Assembly: GCA_040223655.1 (NCBI GenBank) | Contig: JAVKFT010000028.1 | Span: 234,230 to 298,229 of the forward strand | DNA from: Thalassobaculaceae bacterium | GTDB lineage: Bacteria > Pseudomonadota > Alphaproteobacteria > Thalassobaculales > Thalassobaculaceae | Direction: 5' to 3' | Length of the DNA stretch: 64,000 nt | In this document: piece after piece, positions 50,356 to 60,476 of the stretch | How positions within the stretch are numbered: the stretch's first letter is position 1 | Layout: the number at the start of each line of letters is the position of its first letter | Notes under the pieces: generated by a model | Seen by the model: the letters and a program-made list of their open reading frames with translations, nothing else | What the model was told of the DNA's origin: nothing | The model's database searches: none | Made by a program: the position numbers and the translations under genes

Positions 50356-51816
50356 TCAGTACGGCGCTTCCGGCGGGGTCAGGGCGACGTAGACCGAGCG
50401 GGCCTCGGAGTAGTGGTTGATCGCTTCCTTGGAGTTCTCGCGGCCGACGCCGGACGCCTTGACGCCGCCGAACGGCGCTTCCACCGGGGTCAGGTTGTAG
50501 GCGTTGATGTAGAGGCTGCCCGCCTCCAGCCGGTCGACCACCCGATGGGCGCGGGCAAGGTCCTTCGTGAACACCCCGGCGGCGAGGCCGAACTCGGTCG
50601 CGTTGGCCCGCCGGATCCCCTCCTCCTCGTCAGCGAAATCCAGCACCGACAGAACCGGCCCGAAGATCTCCTCCCGGGCGATCGTCATGCCGTCGGTCAC
50701 GTCGGCGAAGACCGTCGGCTCCAGGTACCAGCCCGGCCGGTCGATCCGCCTGCCGCCGGTGACCAGCCGCGCACCCTCCTCGATCCCCTTGGCGATGTAG
50801 CCCTCCACGATCTCGAGCTGGCGCTCGGAGACCATGGGGCCGTAGGTGGTCGCCTCGTTCATCGGGTCGCCGATCACCGCGCCGGCCAGCCGCTCGGTCA
50901 GGCGCTCGAGGAACGCCGCCTTGATGCCCGGCTGGACGAAGACACGGGTGCCGTTGGAGCAGATCTGTCCGGAGCTGTAGAAGTTGCCGGCGATGACGCC
51001 GCTGACGGCGCTCTCCAGGTCGGCATCGTCGAAGATCAGAATCGGCGACTTGCCGCCCAGTTCCATGGTGACGTGCTTGATGCCGTCGGCCGCCGCCGCG
51101 TAGACCTTCCGCCCGGTCGGCACCGAGCCGGTGAGCGACACCTTGGCGACGCGCGGATCGGTGGTCAGCGCGGCCCCGACCGGCCCCAGGCCCTGCACCA
51201 CGTTGAACACGCCCGGCGGAGCGCCCGCCTCGATCAGGATCTCGGCAACCTTCAGGGTGCAGAGCGGCGTCATCTCCGACGGCTTGAACACCATCGTGTT
51301 GCCGCAGGCGAGCGCCGGCGCCGCCTTCCAGCAGGCGATCTGGGTCGGGTAGTTCCAGGCGCCGATGCCGACGCAGACGCCGAGCGGCTTGCGCATGGTG
51401 TAGACGAAGTCGCCGCCCGGAAGCCGCACGTGCTCGCCGGTCAGGCTGCCGGCCAGTCCGCCGAAATACTCGAGCGCATCGGCCCCGGAGGTGGCGTCGG
51501 CGACCAGGGTCTCCGACAGCGGCTTGCCGGTATCGAGCGTCTCCAGCACCGAGAGCTCGCGGTTGCGCTCGCGCAGCATGTCGGCGGCCCGGCGCAGCAC
51601 ACGGCCGCGCTCGGTCCCGCCCATGGCCGCCCAGCCGGCGCAAGCCGCCCTGGCGGAAGCCAGGGCCTTGTCAAGGACCGCCGGGGTAGCGGCGTGCATC
51701 GTGGCGATGGTCTCCCCGGTCGCGGCATAGATCACCGGGATCGGGTCCCCGGCCGGATCTTCCACGTAATGGCCGTCGATGAAGTGGCTCGCCTTGGGCT
51801 GGGCGTCGTAACTCAT
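50356..51816 (-). CDS. betB: Betaine aldehyde dehydrogenase
   Basis: [17 protein letters not shown]-like [33 protein letters not shown]; follows betC. Confidence 0.93.
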   Translation of the reverse strand: MSYDAQPKASHFIDGHYVEDPAGDPIPVIYAATGETIATMHAATPAVLDKALASARAACAGWAAMGGTERGRVLRRAADMLRERNRELSVLETLDTGKPLSETLVADATSGADALEYFGGLAGSLTGEHVRLPGGDFVYTMRKPLGVCVGIGAWNYPTQIACWKAAPALACGNTMVFKPSEMTPLCTLKVAEILIEAGAPPGVFNVVQGLGPVGAALTTDPRVAKVSLTGSVPTGRKVYAAAADGIKHVTMELGGKSPILIFDDADLESAVSGVIAGNFYSSGQICSNGTRVFVQPGIKAAFLERLTERLAGAVIGDPMNEATTYGPMVSERQLEIVEGYIAKGIEEGARLVTGGRRIDRPGWYLEPTVFADVTDGMTIAREEIFGPVLSVLDFADEEEGIRRANATEFGLAAGVFTKDLARAHRVVDRLEAGSLYINAYNLTPVEAPFGGVKASGVGRENSKEAINHYSEARSVYVALTPPEAPY

Positions 51817-51826
51817 ATCAGATTCC

Positions 51827-53335
51827 TCATTCGCCGCGCGGGAAGCGCTGGTTCTCTTCGACCACGTTCAGGTCCATGTGGTTGCGCATGAAGCGCTCGG
51901 ACGCCTTGAGCAGCGGCTGGTGGTCCCAGGGGTAGTAAGCTCCGTTGCGCAGCGCCTCGTACACCACCCAGCGCCGGGCCTGGCTGGCGCGCACCTCGGC
52001 GTCGAACCGGTCGAGATCCCAGCGCGTGTCGGTCTCATCCCGGAACGCGGCCAGCGTCTCGCCGTGGGCCGGGTTCGCAGCCAGGTTGGTCAGCTCGTGC
52101 GGATCGGCGTCCAGGTCGAAGAGCTGCTCAGGGTCCAGGCTGCACCGCGTGTACTTCCACCGGCCCCGGCGCAGGGCCACCAGCGGCGCATAGGAGGCTT
52201 CGGCGGCGTATTCCATCGCGACCGAGCCCGGCCGCGGCGTGCCCGAGGCGACGGACACCAGGCTCTTGCCCTCGGACCACGGTTCGACCTCCTCCAGGGA
52301 GATCCCGGCCAGCTCCGCCAAGGTAGGGGTGACGTCCAGGGTGGACACCGGTGCAGCGACAAGGCCTGCGGTCATGTCCGGCGCCGCGATCATCAGCGGC
52401 ACCCGCGCCGAGCCGTCGTAGAAGCTCATCTTGAACCACAGCCCCCGCTCTCCCAGCATGTCGCCGTGGTCGGAGACGAAGAGGATGACCGCCTCCTGCC
52501 GGGTGCGCTCCAGCGTGTCCAGGATCTCGCCGATCTTGTCGTCCAGATAGCTGATATTGGCGAAATAGGCCTGGCGCGAGCGGCGGATGTTCTGCTCGGT
52601 GATGTCGAAGCTGCGCCAGTCGTTGGCGTCGAAGATCCGTTTCGAATGGGGGTCGTGATCGGCGTAGTCCATCGCCGGGACGGTCGGCAGCAGGTGGTCG
52701 CAATCCTCGTACAGGCCCCAGTACCGGCGCCGGGCGACATAGGGGTCGTGCGGGTGGGTGAAGCTGACCGTCAGGCACCAGGGCCGGCCGTCATGGCCGC
52801 GCGACAGGTCGTAGATCTTGCGCACGGCGTTGTAGGCGACCTCGTCGTCGTACTCCATCTGGTTGGAGATCTCGGCGACCCCCGCGCCGGTGACCGAGCC
52901 GAGGTTGTGGTACCACCAGTCGATCCGCTCCCCCGGCTTGCGGTAGTCCGGGGTCCAGCCGAAATCGGCCGGGTAGATGTCGGTGGTCAGCCGCTCCTCG
53001 AACCCGTGGAGCTGGTCCGGCCCGACGAAGTGCATCTTGCCGCTGAGGCAGGTCTGATACCCCGCCCGGCGCAGGTGGTGGGCATAGGTCGGGATGGCGG
53101 AGGAGAACTCCGCGGCGTTGTCATAGACGCCGGTGAGCGAGGGAAGCTGGCCCGACATGAACGACGCCCGCCCCGGCGCGCAGAGCGGCGACGCGGTATA
53201 GGCGTTGGCGAAGCGGGTCGAGCGCTCCGCCAGCCGGCGCAAGTTGGGGGTGTGCAGCCACGGCGCCGGCCCGTCCGGGAACAGGGTCCCGTTCAGCTGG
53301 TCGACCATCAGGATCAGGATGTTGGGGCGCACCAT
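51827..53335 (-). CDS. betC: Choline-sulfatase
   Basis: [20 protein letters not shown] (CxPxR), [44 protein letters not shown]. Confidence 0.96.
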   Translation of the reverse strand: MVRPNILILMVDQLNGTLFPDGPAPWLHTPNLRRLAERSTRFANAYTASPLCAPGRASFMSGQLPSLTGVYDNAAEFSSAIPTYAHHLRRAGYQTCLSGKMHFVGPDQLHGFEERLTTDIYPADFGWTPDYRKPGERIDWWYHNLGSVTGAGVAEISNQMEYDDEVAYNAVRKIYDLSRGHDGRPWCLTVSFTHPHDPYVARRRYWGLYEDCDHLLPTVPAMDYADHDPHSKRIFDANDWRSFDITEQNIRRSRQAYFANISYLDDKIGEILDTLERTRQEAVILFVSDHGDMLGERGLWFKMSFYDGSARVPLMIAAPDMTAGLVAAPVSTLDVTPTLAELAGISLEEVEPWSEGKSLVSVASGTPRPGSVAMEYAAEASYAPLVALRRGRWKYTRCSLDPEQLFDLDADPHELTNLAANPAHGETLAAFRDETDTRWDLDRFDAEVRASQARRWVVYEALRNGAYYPWDHQPLLKASERFMRNHMDLNVVEENQRFPRGE

Positions 53336-53472
53336 GCTCGTCTCCCTCGCTCGCGGCCGCGGAGCCGGCGCAGCGGAAAACCGCGCCACGCCGTGTCCCT
53401 AGCCGATTTACACCGACGGCGGGAAGGGCGCAGCTGCGCTACGGGCCGTGTCCGGGCGTCGGGCCGAAGCCG

Positions 53473-54246
53473 TCAGCGTTCGACGAAGGCCTTCTCGATC
53501 ACGTAGCTGCCGGGCCCGGCGTTGTTGCCCATGGCGAAACCCAGACCCTCGACCCAGTCGGTCATCTCGTCGAGCATCGCCGGGCTGCCGCACAGCATGA
53601 GCCGGTCGCTGTCCGGATGCAGCGGCGACAGGTGCAGATCCCGGAAGAGCTTGCCCTGGCGCATCAGGTCGCTGATCCGGCCGCGCGGGTCGTGATCTTC
53701 GCGGGTGACCGTCGGATAGTAGGAGAACTGTGTCGCGACCTGCTCGCCGACCAGCGGGTGATCCCTCAGATCCCGGCGCAGCAGGTCGCCATAGGCCAGT
53801 TCCGAGGCGTAGCGGCAGCCATGGGCCAGCACCACCCGGTCGAACTTCTCGTAGACCGTGGGATCCTTGATCAGCGACAGGAAAGGCGCGAGCCCGGTCC
53901 CGGTCGACAGCATGAACAGCACCTTGCCCGGGAGCAGGTTCTCGACCAGCAGGGTGCCGGTCGGCTTGGAGCCGATCAGAACCTTGTCCCCGACGGCCAG
54001 GTGCTGCAGCCGCGAGGTTAGCGGCCCGTCCGGAACCTTGATCGAGAAGAACTCCAGGTCCTCCTCGTAGTTCGCGCTCGCCATGGAGTAGGCGCGCACC
54101 AGAGGCTTGCCGTCCACCTCGAGCCCGATCATCGCGAACTGGCCGTTCTCGAAACGGAACGCGGGATCGCGGGTGGTGCGGAAGCTGAACAGGGTGTCGG
54201 TCCAGTGCCGGACCTCGAGCACGGTCTCGGTGCGGAATGCGCTCAT
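53473..54246 (-). CDS. fpr: Ferredoxin(flavodoxin)-NADP+ reductase
   Basis: FRFENGQF, RAYSMAS, GPLTSRL, STGTGLAPF, LCGSPAM, EKAFVER. Confidence 0.95.
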   Translation of the reverse strand: MSAFRTETVLEVRHWTDTLFSFRTTRDPAFRFENGQFAMIGLEVDGKPLVRAYSMASANYEEDLEFFSIKVPDGPLTSRLQHLAVGDKVLIGSKPTGTLLVENLLPGKVLFMLSTGTGLAPFLSLIKDPTVYEKFDRVVLAHGCRYASELAYGDLLRRDLRDHPLVGEQVATQFSYYPTVTREDHDPRGRISDLMRQGKLFRDLHLSPLHPDSDRLMLCGSPAMLDEMTDWVEGLGFAMGNNAGPGSYVIEKAFVER

Positions 54247-54496
54247 CAGCGGCCTCGTCAGTACGGTTCCGGGTCGATGCGGCTTGGGCTGCGGGGCGGC
54301 CTCGCCGGCCGCGTCAAATCGTTCGTACACTTATGTTACCGCACCCATGCGCCATGGCCCATACATACCGGCGGAGACCCTTAACGCCATTGAAAACACG
54401 AGATTTTCGCGAGAAAGAACAGGCTGATCCCGCCGACACGGTAGCGCGACACATCCTGTCCGAGCGGGCCCGGCGGGCGACCGGCCCGTTCCCGCC

Positions 54497-56140
54497 TCAG
54501 TCGAAACGGAGCTCGCGGTATCCGGCGGCGGCCACCGCGTCGCACCGCTCGCGATAGGCGACGGCGCTGCCGCTGTAGCGGGCCAGGATCCGTTCGGTCT
54601 TGCCGGCGTTGCGGTTCACGCCGGTCATCCAGCTGTCGACCTCATTGGCCAGCAGTCCCTCGCCGGCCTTGCGCACGGTCTCGGTCCAGTCGGCCACCGC
54701 ATCGGCCGTCGTGGCGGCGTAGGTGATGTCCTGGTCCCGCATATGGCGCATCACGCCGGTCACCCAGTCGACGTTGTACTCGATGCTGCGCGGGATGTTG
54801 CCGAGGGCGGTGTGCGGTCCGACCAGCATGAACATGTTGGGGAAACCCTCGACCATCATGCCGAGGAAGGTCTCCGGGCCGCCCTTCCAGCGATCCTTGA
54901 GGGTCCTGCCGCCCTCGCCGCGGATATCGATCCGGTCGAAGCTGCCGGTGATCGCGTCGAACCCGGTGGCGTAGATGATCATGTCGAACTCGAACGCCTC
55001 CTCCGCCGTCTCGAGACCGGTCGGGGTGATCCGCTCGATCGGGGTGGAGAGCGCGTCGACGAGGCGCACGTTCGGCTGGTTGTAGACCTCGTAATACTTC
55101 GTCTCCAGGGGCACACGCCGGGTGCCGAAACCGTGGTCCTTCGGAATCAGCTTCTCGGCGATCTCCGGGTCCCGGACCCGTTCGCGAATCTTGGCCGCCA
55201 CGAAATCCGACAGCATCCGGTTCGCCGTGCGGTCGACCAGCACGTCGCGGAAGTTGCCCTGCCAGATGCCGAAGCCGGGTTCGCTGTAGCGTTGCTCCCA
55301 GAACGCCTCGCGCTCGGCGTCGGACACCTCCAGCGCGCTGCGCGGATCCGGGGTGTGCAGGAAGCAGGCATGGGTCTCGCGGCAGCGCTCGAAGATCTCC
55401 GGATAGCGCGCCTTGAGAGCGGGCTGCTCCTCCGGCGCGATCTTCGCGTTGTGCAGCGGAGCGCACCAGTTCGGCCGCCGCTGGAACACGGTGAGCGTCT
55501 CGGCGGTCTTCGCCACCTCCTGGATGGTCTGGACGCCGGTGGCGCCGGTGCCGACCACCGCCACCCGCTTGCCCTCGAAACTCACCGGGTCCTTCGGCCA
55601 GAGACCGGTATGGAAGCTCTCGCCCTGGAAGCTGTCGATGCCCGGGATGCGCGGCATGGTCGGCGCCGAGAGCGGTCCGATGGCGGTCACAAGGAAGCGG
55701 CAGCGACAGGCGTCGCCGTCCTCCAGGGTGAGGGTCCAGGCGCGCCCCGCATCGTCGTAATGGGCGGCGGCCACCCGCGACGAGAACCGGATATCGCGCC
55801 GCAGGTCCAGCTTGTCGGCGACGAAGTTCAGGTAGCGCTCGGTCTCGGGCTGGGCGGCGAAGTGCTCGGACCAGTCCCAGGCGTCCAGCAGCTCCTGGTC
55901 GAAGGAATAGGCGTAGGAATAGCTCTCGGAGTCGAACCGCGCGCCGGGATAGCGGTTCCAGTACCAGGTTCCGCCGACCCCCGTCCCCGCCTCGAGCACC
56001 AGAACCTTCAGGCCAAGCGCCCGCAGCCGGTGAAGCTGGTACATCCCGGAGATGCCGGCGCCGATGATGACGACGTCGTAGTCGGGAGCGGGAGAGGGCG
56101 CGGGGCCGGTGGGATGCTGGAGAGCGGTGTCGAGCGTCAT
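54497..56140 (-). CDS. Type I Baeyer-Villiger monooxygenase (cyclohexanone monooxygenase-like)
   Basis: GAGISG, GGTWYWNRYPG, fingerprint FQGESFHTGLWP, GTGATG, ATGF. Confidence 0.93.
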   Translation of the reverse strand: MTLDTALQHPTGPAPSPAPDYDVVIIGAGISGMYQLHRLRALGLKVLVLEAGTGVGGTWYWNRYPGARFDSESYSYAYSFDQELLDAWDWSEHFAAQPETERYLNFVADKLDLRRDIRFSSRVAAAHYDDAGRAWTLTLEDGDACRCRFLVTAIGPLSAPTMPRIPGIDSFQGESFHTGLWPKDPVSFEGKRVAVVGTGATGVQTIQEVAKTAETLTVFQRRPNWCAPLHNAKIAPEEQPALKARYPEIFERCRETHACFLHTPDPRSALEVSDAEREAFWEQRYSEPGFGIWQGNFRDVLVDRTANRMLSDFVAAKIRERVRDPEIAEKLIPKDHGFGTRRVPLETKYYEVYNQPNVRLVDALSTPIERITPTGLETAEEAFEFDMIIYATGFDAITGSFDRIDIRGEGGRTLKDRWKGGPETFLGMMVEGFPNMFMLVGPHTALGNIPRSIEYNVDWVTGVMRHMRDQDITYAATTADAVADWTETVRKAGEGLLANEVDSWMTGVNRNAGKTERILARYSGSAVAYRERCDAVAAAGYRELRFD

Positions 56141-56181
56141 GGGGGAAACCAAAGCAGCCGGCGGCCCGACCGGCAAGCCGC

Positions 56182-56988
56182 CTATTTCACGAAGCGGTGG
56201 TCCATCGACAGGGCCGGCTGCTCGCAGTTGCTGCCCCGGACCGGCTTGGCCGGCACGCCGGCGACGGTGCAGTGGGGCGGTACGTCGCTCAGCACCACGC
56301 TGCCGGCGCCGACCCGCGCGCACTCGCCCACCTCGATATTCCCTAGCACCGTTGCGGACGCGCCCAGCAGGGCGCCGCGGCGGATCTTGGGATGCCGGTC
56401 GCCGGTTTCCTTGCCGGTACCGCCAAGGGTCACGTTGTGCAGCATCGAGACCTCGTCTTCGATCACCGCCGTCTCGCCGACCACAACGGACGTGGCGTGG
56501 TCGATCATGATCCCGCGCCCGATCCGGGCCGCCGGATGTATATCCACGCCGTAGACCTCGGAGATCCGGGACTGGAGGTAGAAAGCCAGGGCCTGGCGGT
56601 CGTGACCCCACAGCCAATGGGCGACCCGGTAAGCCTGGATCGCCTGGAAGCCTTTGAAATACAGGAACGGCTCAAGATAGCTGGTGCAGGCCGGATCGCG
56701 CTCGAAGACAGCCGACAGGTCGGCGCGGACCGCCGCCCCCACCGTCTCGTCGCCATGCACCGCCTCGTCCACCGTCTGCCGCAGGGAGAGCGCCGAAATC
56801 GCCTCCGAGCCGAGCTTCTGGGAGAGGTGGAAGGCGAGCGCATGCTCCAGCGTGTCGTGGGCGAGCACCGTGGCGTGCAGAAAGCTGGCGAGCGCCGGCT
56901 CGTCCTGCGCCGTCTTCTCGGCATCGCGGCGAAGGGAGGACCAGATCGGATCCAGATCCGGCGAGGCCGGCCTCGGCGAGAAGGACAT
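56182..56988 (-). CDS. cysE: Serine O-acetyltransferase
   Basis: RDPAC, KGFQAIQAYR, DIHPAARIG.GIMIDHAT..VVGET, GGTGKETGDRHPK. Confidence 0.95.
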   Translation of the reverse strand: MSFSPRPASPDLDPIWSSLRRDAEKTAQDEPALASFLHATVLAHDTLEHALAFHLSQKLGSEAISALSLRQTVDEAVHGDETVGAAVRADLSAVFERDPACTSYLEPFLYFKGFQAIQAYRVAHWLWGHDRQALAFYLQSRISEVYGVDIHPAARIGRGIMIDHATSVVVGETAVIEDEVSMLHNVTLGGTGKETGDRHPKIRRGALLGASATVLGNIEVGECARVGAGSVVLSDVPPHCTVAGVPAKPVRGSNCEQPALSMDHRFVK

Positions 56989-57218
56989 ATCCGGCTTCCT
57001 CTGTTCCAACCGCCAAGGCGGCAACTCGGTCGGCAATGACAACGCTACGGAATTGCGCCGCCTTTATGAACTCGTGCCAAACTATACCCGTTTCAAGCTC
57101 GGGAATTAACCGCGCTTCGGAACGGGTGCCATGCGGCGCGTCCGTCGGCCCATCCCCGGGGGTTGGGACGGGCCTCCGGGCCGGCACCGTGCGCTGTCGT
57201 CGCCGCCAACGATCTGCT

Positions 57219-57240
57219 TGGCAACGGTTGCCATGGCAAC
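57219..57240. promoter_or_regulatory. Candidate MarR operator (two overlapping palindromes)
   Basis: TGGCAAC-G-GTTGCCA (57219-57233) overlapping perfect GTTGCCATGGCAAC (57227-57240), 14 bp before the marR ATG. Confidence 0.65.
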
Positions 57241-57254
57241 TATATTCGGCCGCC

Positions 57255-57734
57255 ATGGAACGCACGGATCTTCATCGGAATTTCGGATTTCTCGTCCACG
57301 ACGTCGCCCGCCTGATGCGGGTCGCGTTCGACCGCCGCGGCAAGGAGTTGGGGCTTACCCGGTCCCAGTGGTGGGTTCTGACCGCCCTTTACGCGAAGGA
57401 GGGTATGGCGCAGTCCGAACTCGCCGCCTTCATGGAACTGGAGAAGGCCACCCTCGGCCGTCTCCTCGACCGGCTCGAGGACAAGGGCTGGATCGAGCGC
57501 CGGCCCGATCCGGTCGATCGCCGGATCAAGCGGGTCGTGCTGACCGAGACCGTCCAGGGCCTGATGCGCGAGCTGCGCGGCATCGCCGCCGACATCCGTA
57601 GCGACGCGATGAAGGGGCTGACGCGCGAGGAGCACGAGGCGTTCATCGACACCCTTCTGAAGATCAAGTCGAACCTCTACGCCTTCGACGAACTGGCGCC
57701 ACCTGCGGGTCAGACGGAGGCGGCCGATGACTGA
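57255..57734 (+). CDS. MarR family transcriptional regulator
   Basis: GLTRSQW.VL, LEKATLGRLLDRLEDKGWIER..DP.DRR. Confidence 0.92.
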   Translation: MERTDLHRNFGFLVHDVARLMRVAFDRRGKELGLTRSQWWVLTALYAKEGMAQSELAAFMELEKATLGRLLDRLEDKGWIERRPDPVDRRIKRVVLTETVQGLMRELRGIAADIRSDAMKGLTREEHEAFIDTLLKIKSNLYAFDELAPPAGQTEAADD

Positions 57735-58884
57735 GGACGCCAAGAAAGACGTTGTGCCCGCTCCCGAGGACGGCCCCGTCACCGCTCACAGCGAGCGGCC
57801 GAGACGCCGCCGCGGCCGCTGGCTCCGGCGGATCGTGCTGCTCGTCGTGATCCCGGTCCTGGCGCTCGCCGGCGCCTCCTATCTCTACGCCATCACCGGG
57901 CGCTACGTGACCACCGAGAACGCCTATGTGAAGGCGCATATCATTGCCATCTCGACCGATATCGACGGCCGGGTGACGGAGGTCTTCGTGCGCAACGACC
58001 AGCGGGTGGCGGAAGGCGACCTGCTGTTCCGCCTCGACCCGGACTCGCACTGGCTGGAACTGAAATCCGCCGAGGCGCGGATGCTCGCCGTGCGCCAGGA
58101 GGTCGAAGCCACCCGGGCCGAATTCCATCAGGTTCAGGCGGAAATCGACGAGGCGCGCGAGACCGTCGGATTCTACGACCGCGAGGCCGAGCGCCAGCGG
58201 GAGCTGAACCGGCGGGGCGTGACGACCGAGGCCCGCCTGGACGAGGCGGAGTTCGAGGTCGCCTCCGCCCGTCAGCGGGTGCGGGCGCTGCGGGAGAAGA
58301 TCCGTACCGTCCTCGCCGAGCTCGGCGGCGACCCGGAGCGGGCAGTCGAGCTGCATCCGAAATACATCGAGGCGCAGACCACGCGGGAGATCGCCGAGCT
58401 GCATCTCGGCTACACCGAGGTGCGCGCGCCGTCCGCCGGCATCGTCACCCAGGTCAACCTGGAACCGGGCGAGTGGCTGGAGGAGGGCGATCCCGCCTTC
58501 GGCCTGATCCAGGTCGACGACACCTGGGTGGTGGCGAACCTCAAGGAGACCCAGCTCACCCATGTCCGCGAAGGTCAGGTGGTCGAGGTCGGTATCGACG
58601 CCTACCCGGACATGACCTGGACCGCCAGGGTGACCTCCATCGCTCCGGCGACGGGCGCGGAATTCGCCGTGCTGCCGCCGCAGAACGCATCGGGCAACTG
58701 GGTCAAGGTGGTGCAGCGGATCCCGGTCCGGATCGATCTGGAGCCGGTCGACGGCCGCCCGCCGCTGCGGGCCGGAATGACCGCGTCGATCTCGATCGAC
58801 ACCGAGCGCGAGCGCAAGCTTCTGACCACCGTGCGCGAGTCGCTTGCCGCGTTCCGCGCGCCGGACGGAACCGCCACCCGCTAG
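57727..58884 (+). CDS. HlyD/EmrA-type membrane fusion protein
   Basis: N-terminal TM, TENAYV, lipoyl-like halves, ANLKETQL, APATGAEFAVLPPQNASGNWVKVVQRIPVRI. Confidence 0.9.
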   Translation: MTEDAKKDVVPAPEDGPVTAHSERPRRRRGRWLRRIVLLVVIPVLALAGASYLYAITGRYVTTENAYVKAHIIAISTDIDGRVTEVFVRNDQRVAEGDLLFRLDPDSHWLELKSAEARMLAVRQEVEATRAEFHQVQAEIDEARETVGFYDREAERQRELNRRGVTTEARLDEAEFEVASARQRVRALREKIRTVLAELGGDPERAVELHPKYIEAQTTREIAELHLGYTEVRAPSAGIVTQVNLEPGEWLEEGDPAFGLIQVDDTWVVANLKETQLTHVREGQVVEVGIDAYPDMTWTARVTSIAPATGAEFAVLPPQNASGNWVKVVQRIPVRIDLEPVDGRPPLRAGMTASISIDTERERKLLTTVRESLAAFRAPDGTATR

Positions 58885-58924
58885 GGACCCCCGGGATCCG
58901 CCCGGAATCCCCGGGGCGGGGCCG

Positions 58925-58942
58925 GCGTCACCGAACCGTCAC
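58925..58942 (+). promoter_or_regulatory. Candidate Pho box
   Basis: GCGTCAC-CGAA-CCGTCAC: GTCAC direct repeat at 11-bp spacing, ~55 bp upstream of an alkaline-phosphatase-family gene. Confidence 0.5.
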
Positions 58943-58997
58943 GTCCCGCGTGTAGTAGGGTGGGGTTCCCGCCCTCGGACTCCCGGAGAGCCTGTCC

Positions 58998-60458
58998 ATG
59001 CCCGCGCCGAAAGCCCTGGTCGTCGTCTTCGACGGCCTGCGCCCCGATCACGTCACGCCGAACCAGGCCCCGAACATCCACGGCTTCGCCACGGGCGGCG
59101 TGTGGATGCGCAACACCGCCTCCGCCTTTCCAAGCGAGACCCGGGTTCAGGTGACCACCTCAATGACCGGTCACCCGCCGGCCGGGCACGGCATCATGGC
59201 CAACGCTTTCTACGATCCGGCGCTCGGCTTCACCTCGGCCATGGACACCTCCGACGACGACCGGATGCGGGCGGCCGACAAGGCCTATGGCCGGCTGATC
59301 GGCGCGACCCATCTGGGCGAGATCCTCTGGGGCGCCGGGCGGAAGTTCGCCGCCGTCACCACCGGCAAGGTGGGCAACGCCCGGCTTCTGGCCGGTCGCG
59401 CGGCGGAGCTGGACCAGCCGGTCCTGTCGATCTGGGGCGACGCGATCTCCACGCCGGCGGCCGCCTACGCCAAGGTGGTGGAGCGCGTCGGCCCGGTGCC
59501 GGAGCAGGTCTTCCCGAACACCGCCGTCGCCGACTGGGCGGTCACGGCCCTGCTCGACCACGTCCTGCCCAACCACACGCCGGACGCCTGCGTGCTCTGG
59601 CTCAACGAGCCGGATCTCTCCTACCATTACCGAGGCCTCGCCGACGGCGACTCGCAGCGTGCGATCGCCGGCGTCGACGCGGCGTTCGGCCGGGTGCTGG
59701 ACTGGTGGCGGACCGCCGGCCGGGCCGAAGGCTGGAACATCGTCGCCATGTCGGACCACGGCCATGTCACCGTGGAGGGCCAGATCGACGTCGCCGCCGC
59801 GCTGGCGAAGGAAGGCCTCAGGATCGGCAAGGCCCTGGATCCGGACGTGGACTACGCCCTGAAGCCCGGCTACTCCGCCCATATGGCCGTGCGCGACCGG
59901 GACCCCGCCCTGGTGAAGCGGCTCGTCGAGACCCTCCAGGCCCAGGAGTGGTGCGGCCCGATCATGACCCGGCGCGACGCCGGCGACGACGGCACCCTCC
60001 CGCTCTCTGTGGTGAACTGGAACCACCGGCGCGCCGCCGATGTCGCCTTCACGCTGCGCGCCTGGGATCGGGATAGCGAGGGCGGCCTGCCCGGCGTGAT
60101 CCTCGCCGACAACCCGGATATCCCGCTCGGCGGCGGCCTGCACGGCGGCCTGCATCGGCGCGAGCTGAACCATTGCCTGTTCCTCGGCGGCGACAGTTTC
60201 CGCAAGGGCGTCGAGATCGAGACGCCGAGCGGCACGGTCGACATCGCACCGACCGTCCTCAAGACCCTCGGCCTGCCGCCGCATCCGCTGATGGCCGGGC
60301 GCGCGATCGAGGAGGCGTTCGCCGTGGGCGACCCGGCACCGGAGGTGGTCGAGCGTGTCCATGAGGCCGGCACCGGCAGCTATGCCCAGCGGATCGTCAC
60401 GGCCGAGGTCGGCGGCGCGAAACGGCCGTACCTGCGCTGGGGTATGCGCACCGCCTGA
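58998..60458 (+). CDS. Alkaline phosphatase superfamily enzyme (NPP/phosphonoacetate hydrolase-like), no signal peptide
   Basis: VVFDGLRPD, FPSET nucleophile loop, EPDLSYH, SDHGH, GLHG metal ligands. Confidence 0.8.
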   Translation: MPAPKALVVVFDGLRPDHVTPNQAPNIHGFATGGVWMRNTASAFPSETRVQVTTSMTGHPPAGHGIMANAFYDPALGFTSAMDTSDDDRMRAADKAYGRLIGATHLGEILWGAGRKFAAVTTGKVGNARLLAGRAAELDQPVLSIWGDAISTPAAAYAKVVERVGPVPEQVFPNTAVADWAVTALLDHVLPNHTPDACVLWLNEPDLSYHYRGLADGDSQRAIAGVDAAFGRVLDWWRTAGRAEGWNIVAMSDHGHVTVEGQIDVAAALAKEGLRIGKALDPDVDYALKPGYSAHMAVRDRDPALVKRLVETLQAQEWCGPIMTRRDAGDDGTLPLSVVNWNHRRAADVAFTLRAWDRDSEGGLPGVILADNPDIPLGGGLHGGLHRRELNHCLFLGGDSFRKGVEIETPSGTVDIAPTVLKTLGLPPHPLMAGRAIEEAFAVGDPAPEVVERVHEAGTGSYAQRIVTAEVGGAKRPYLRWGMRTA

Positions 60459-60476
60459 GCGACCTATCTTTCGACC

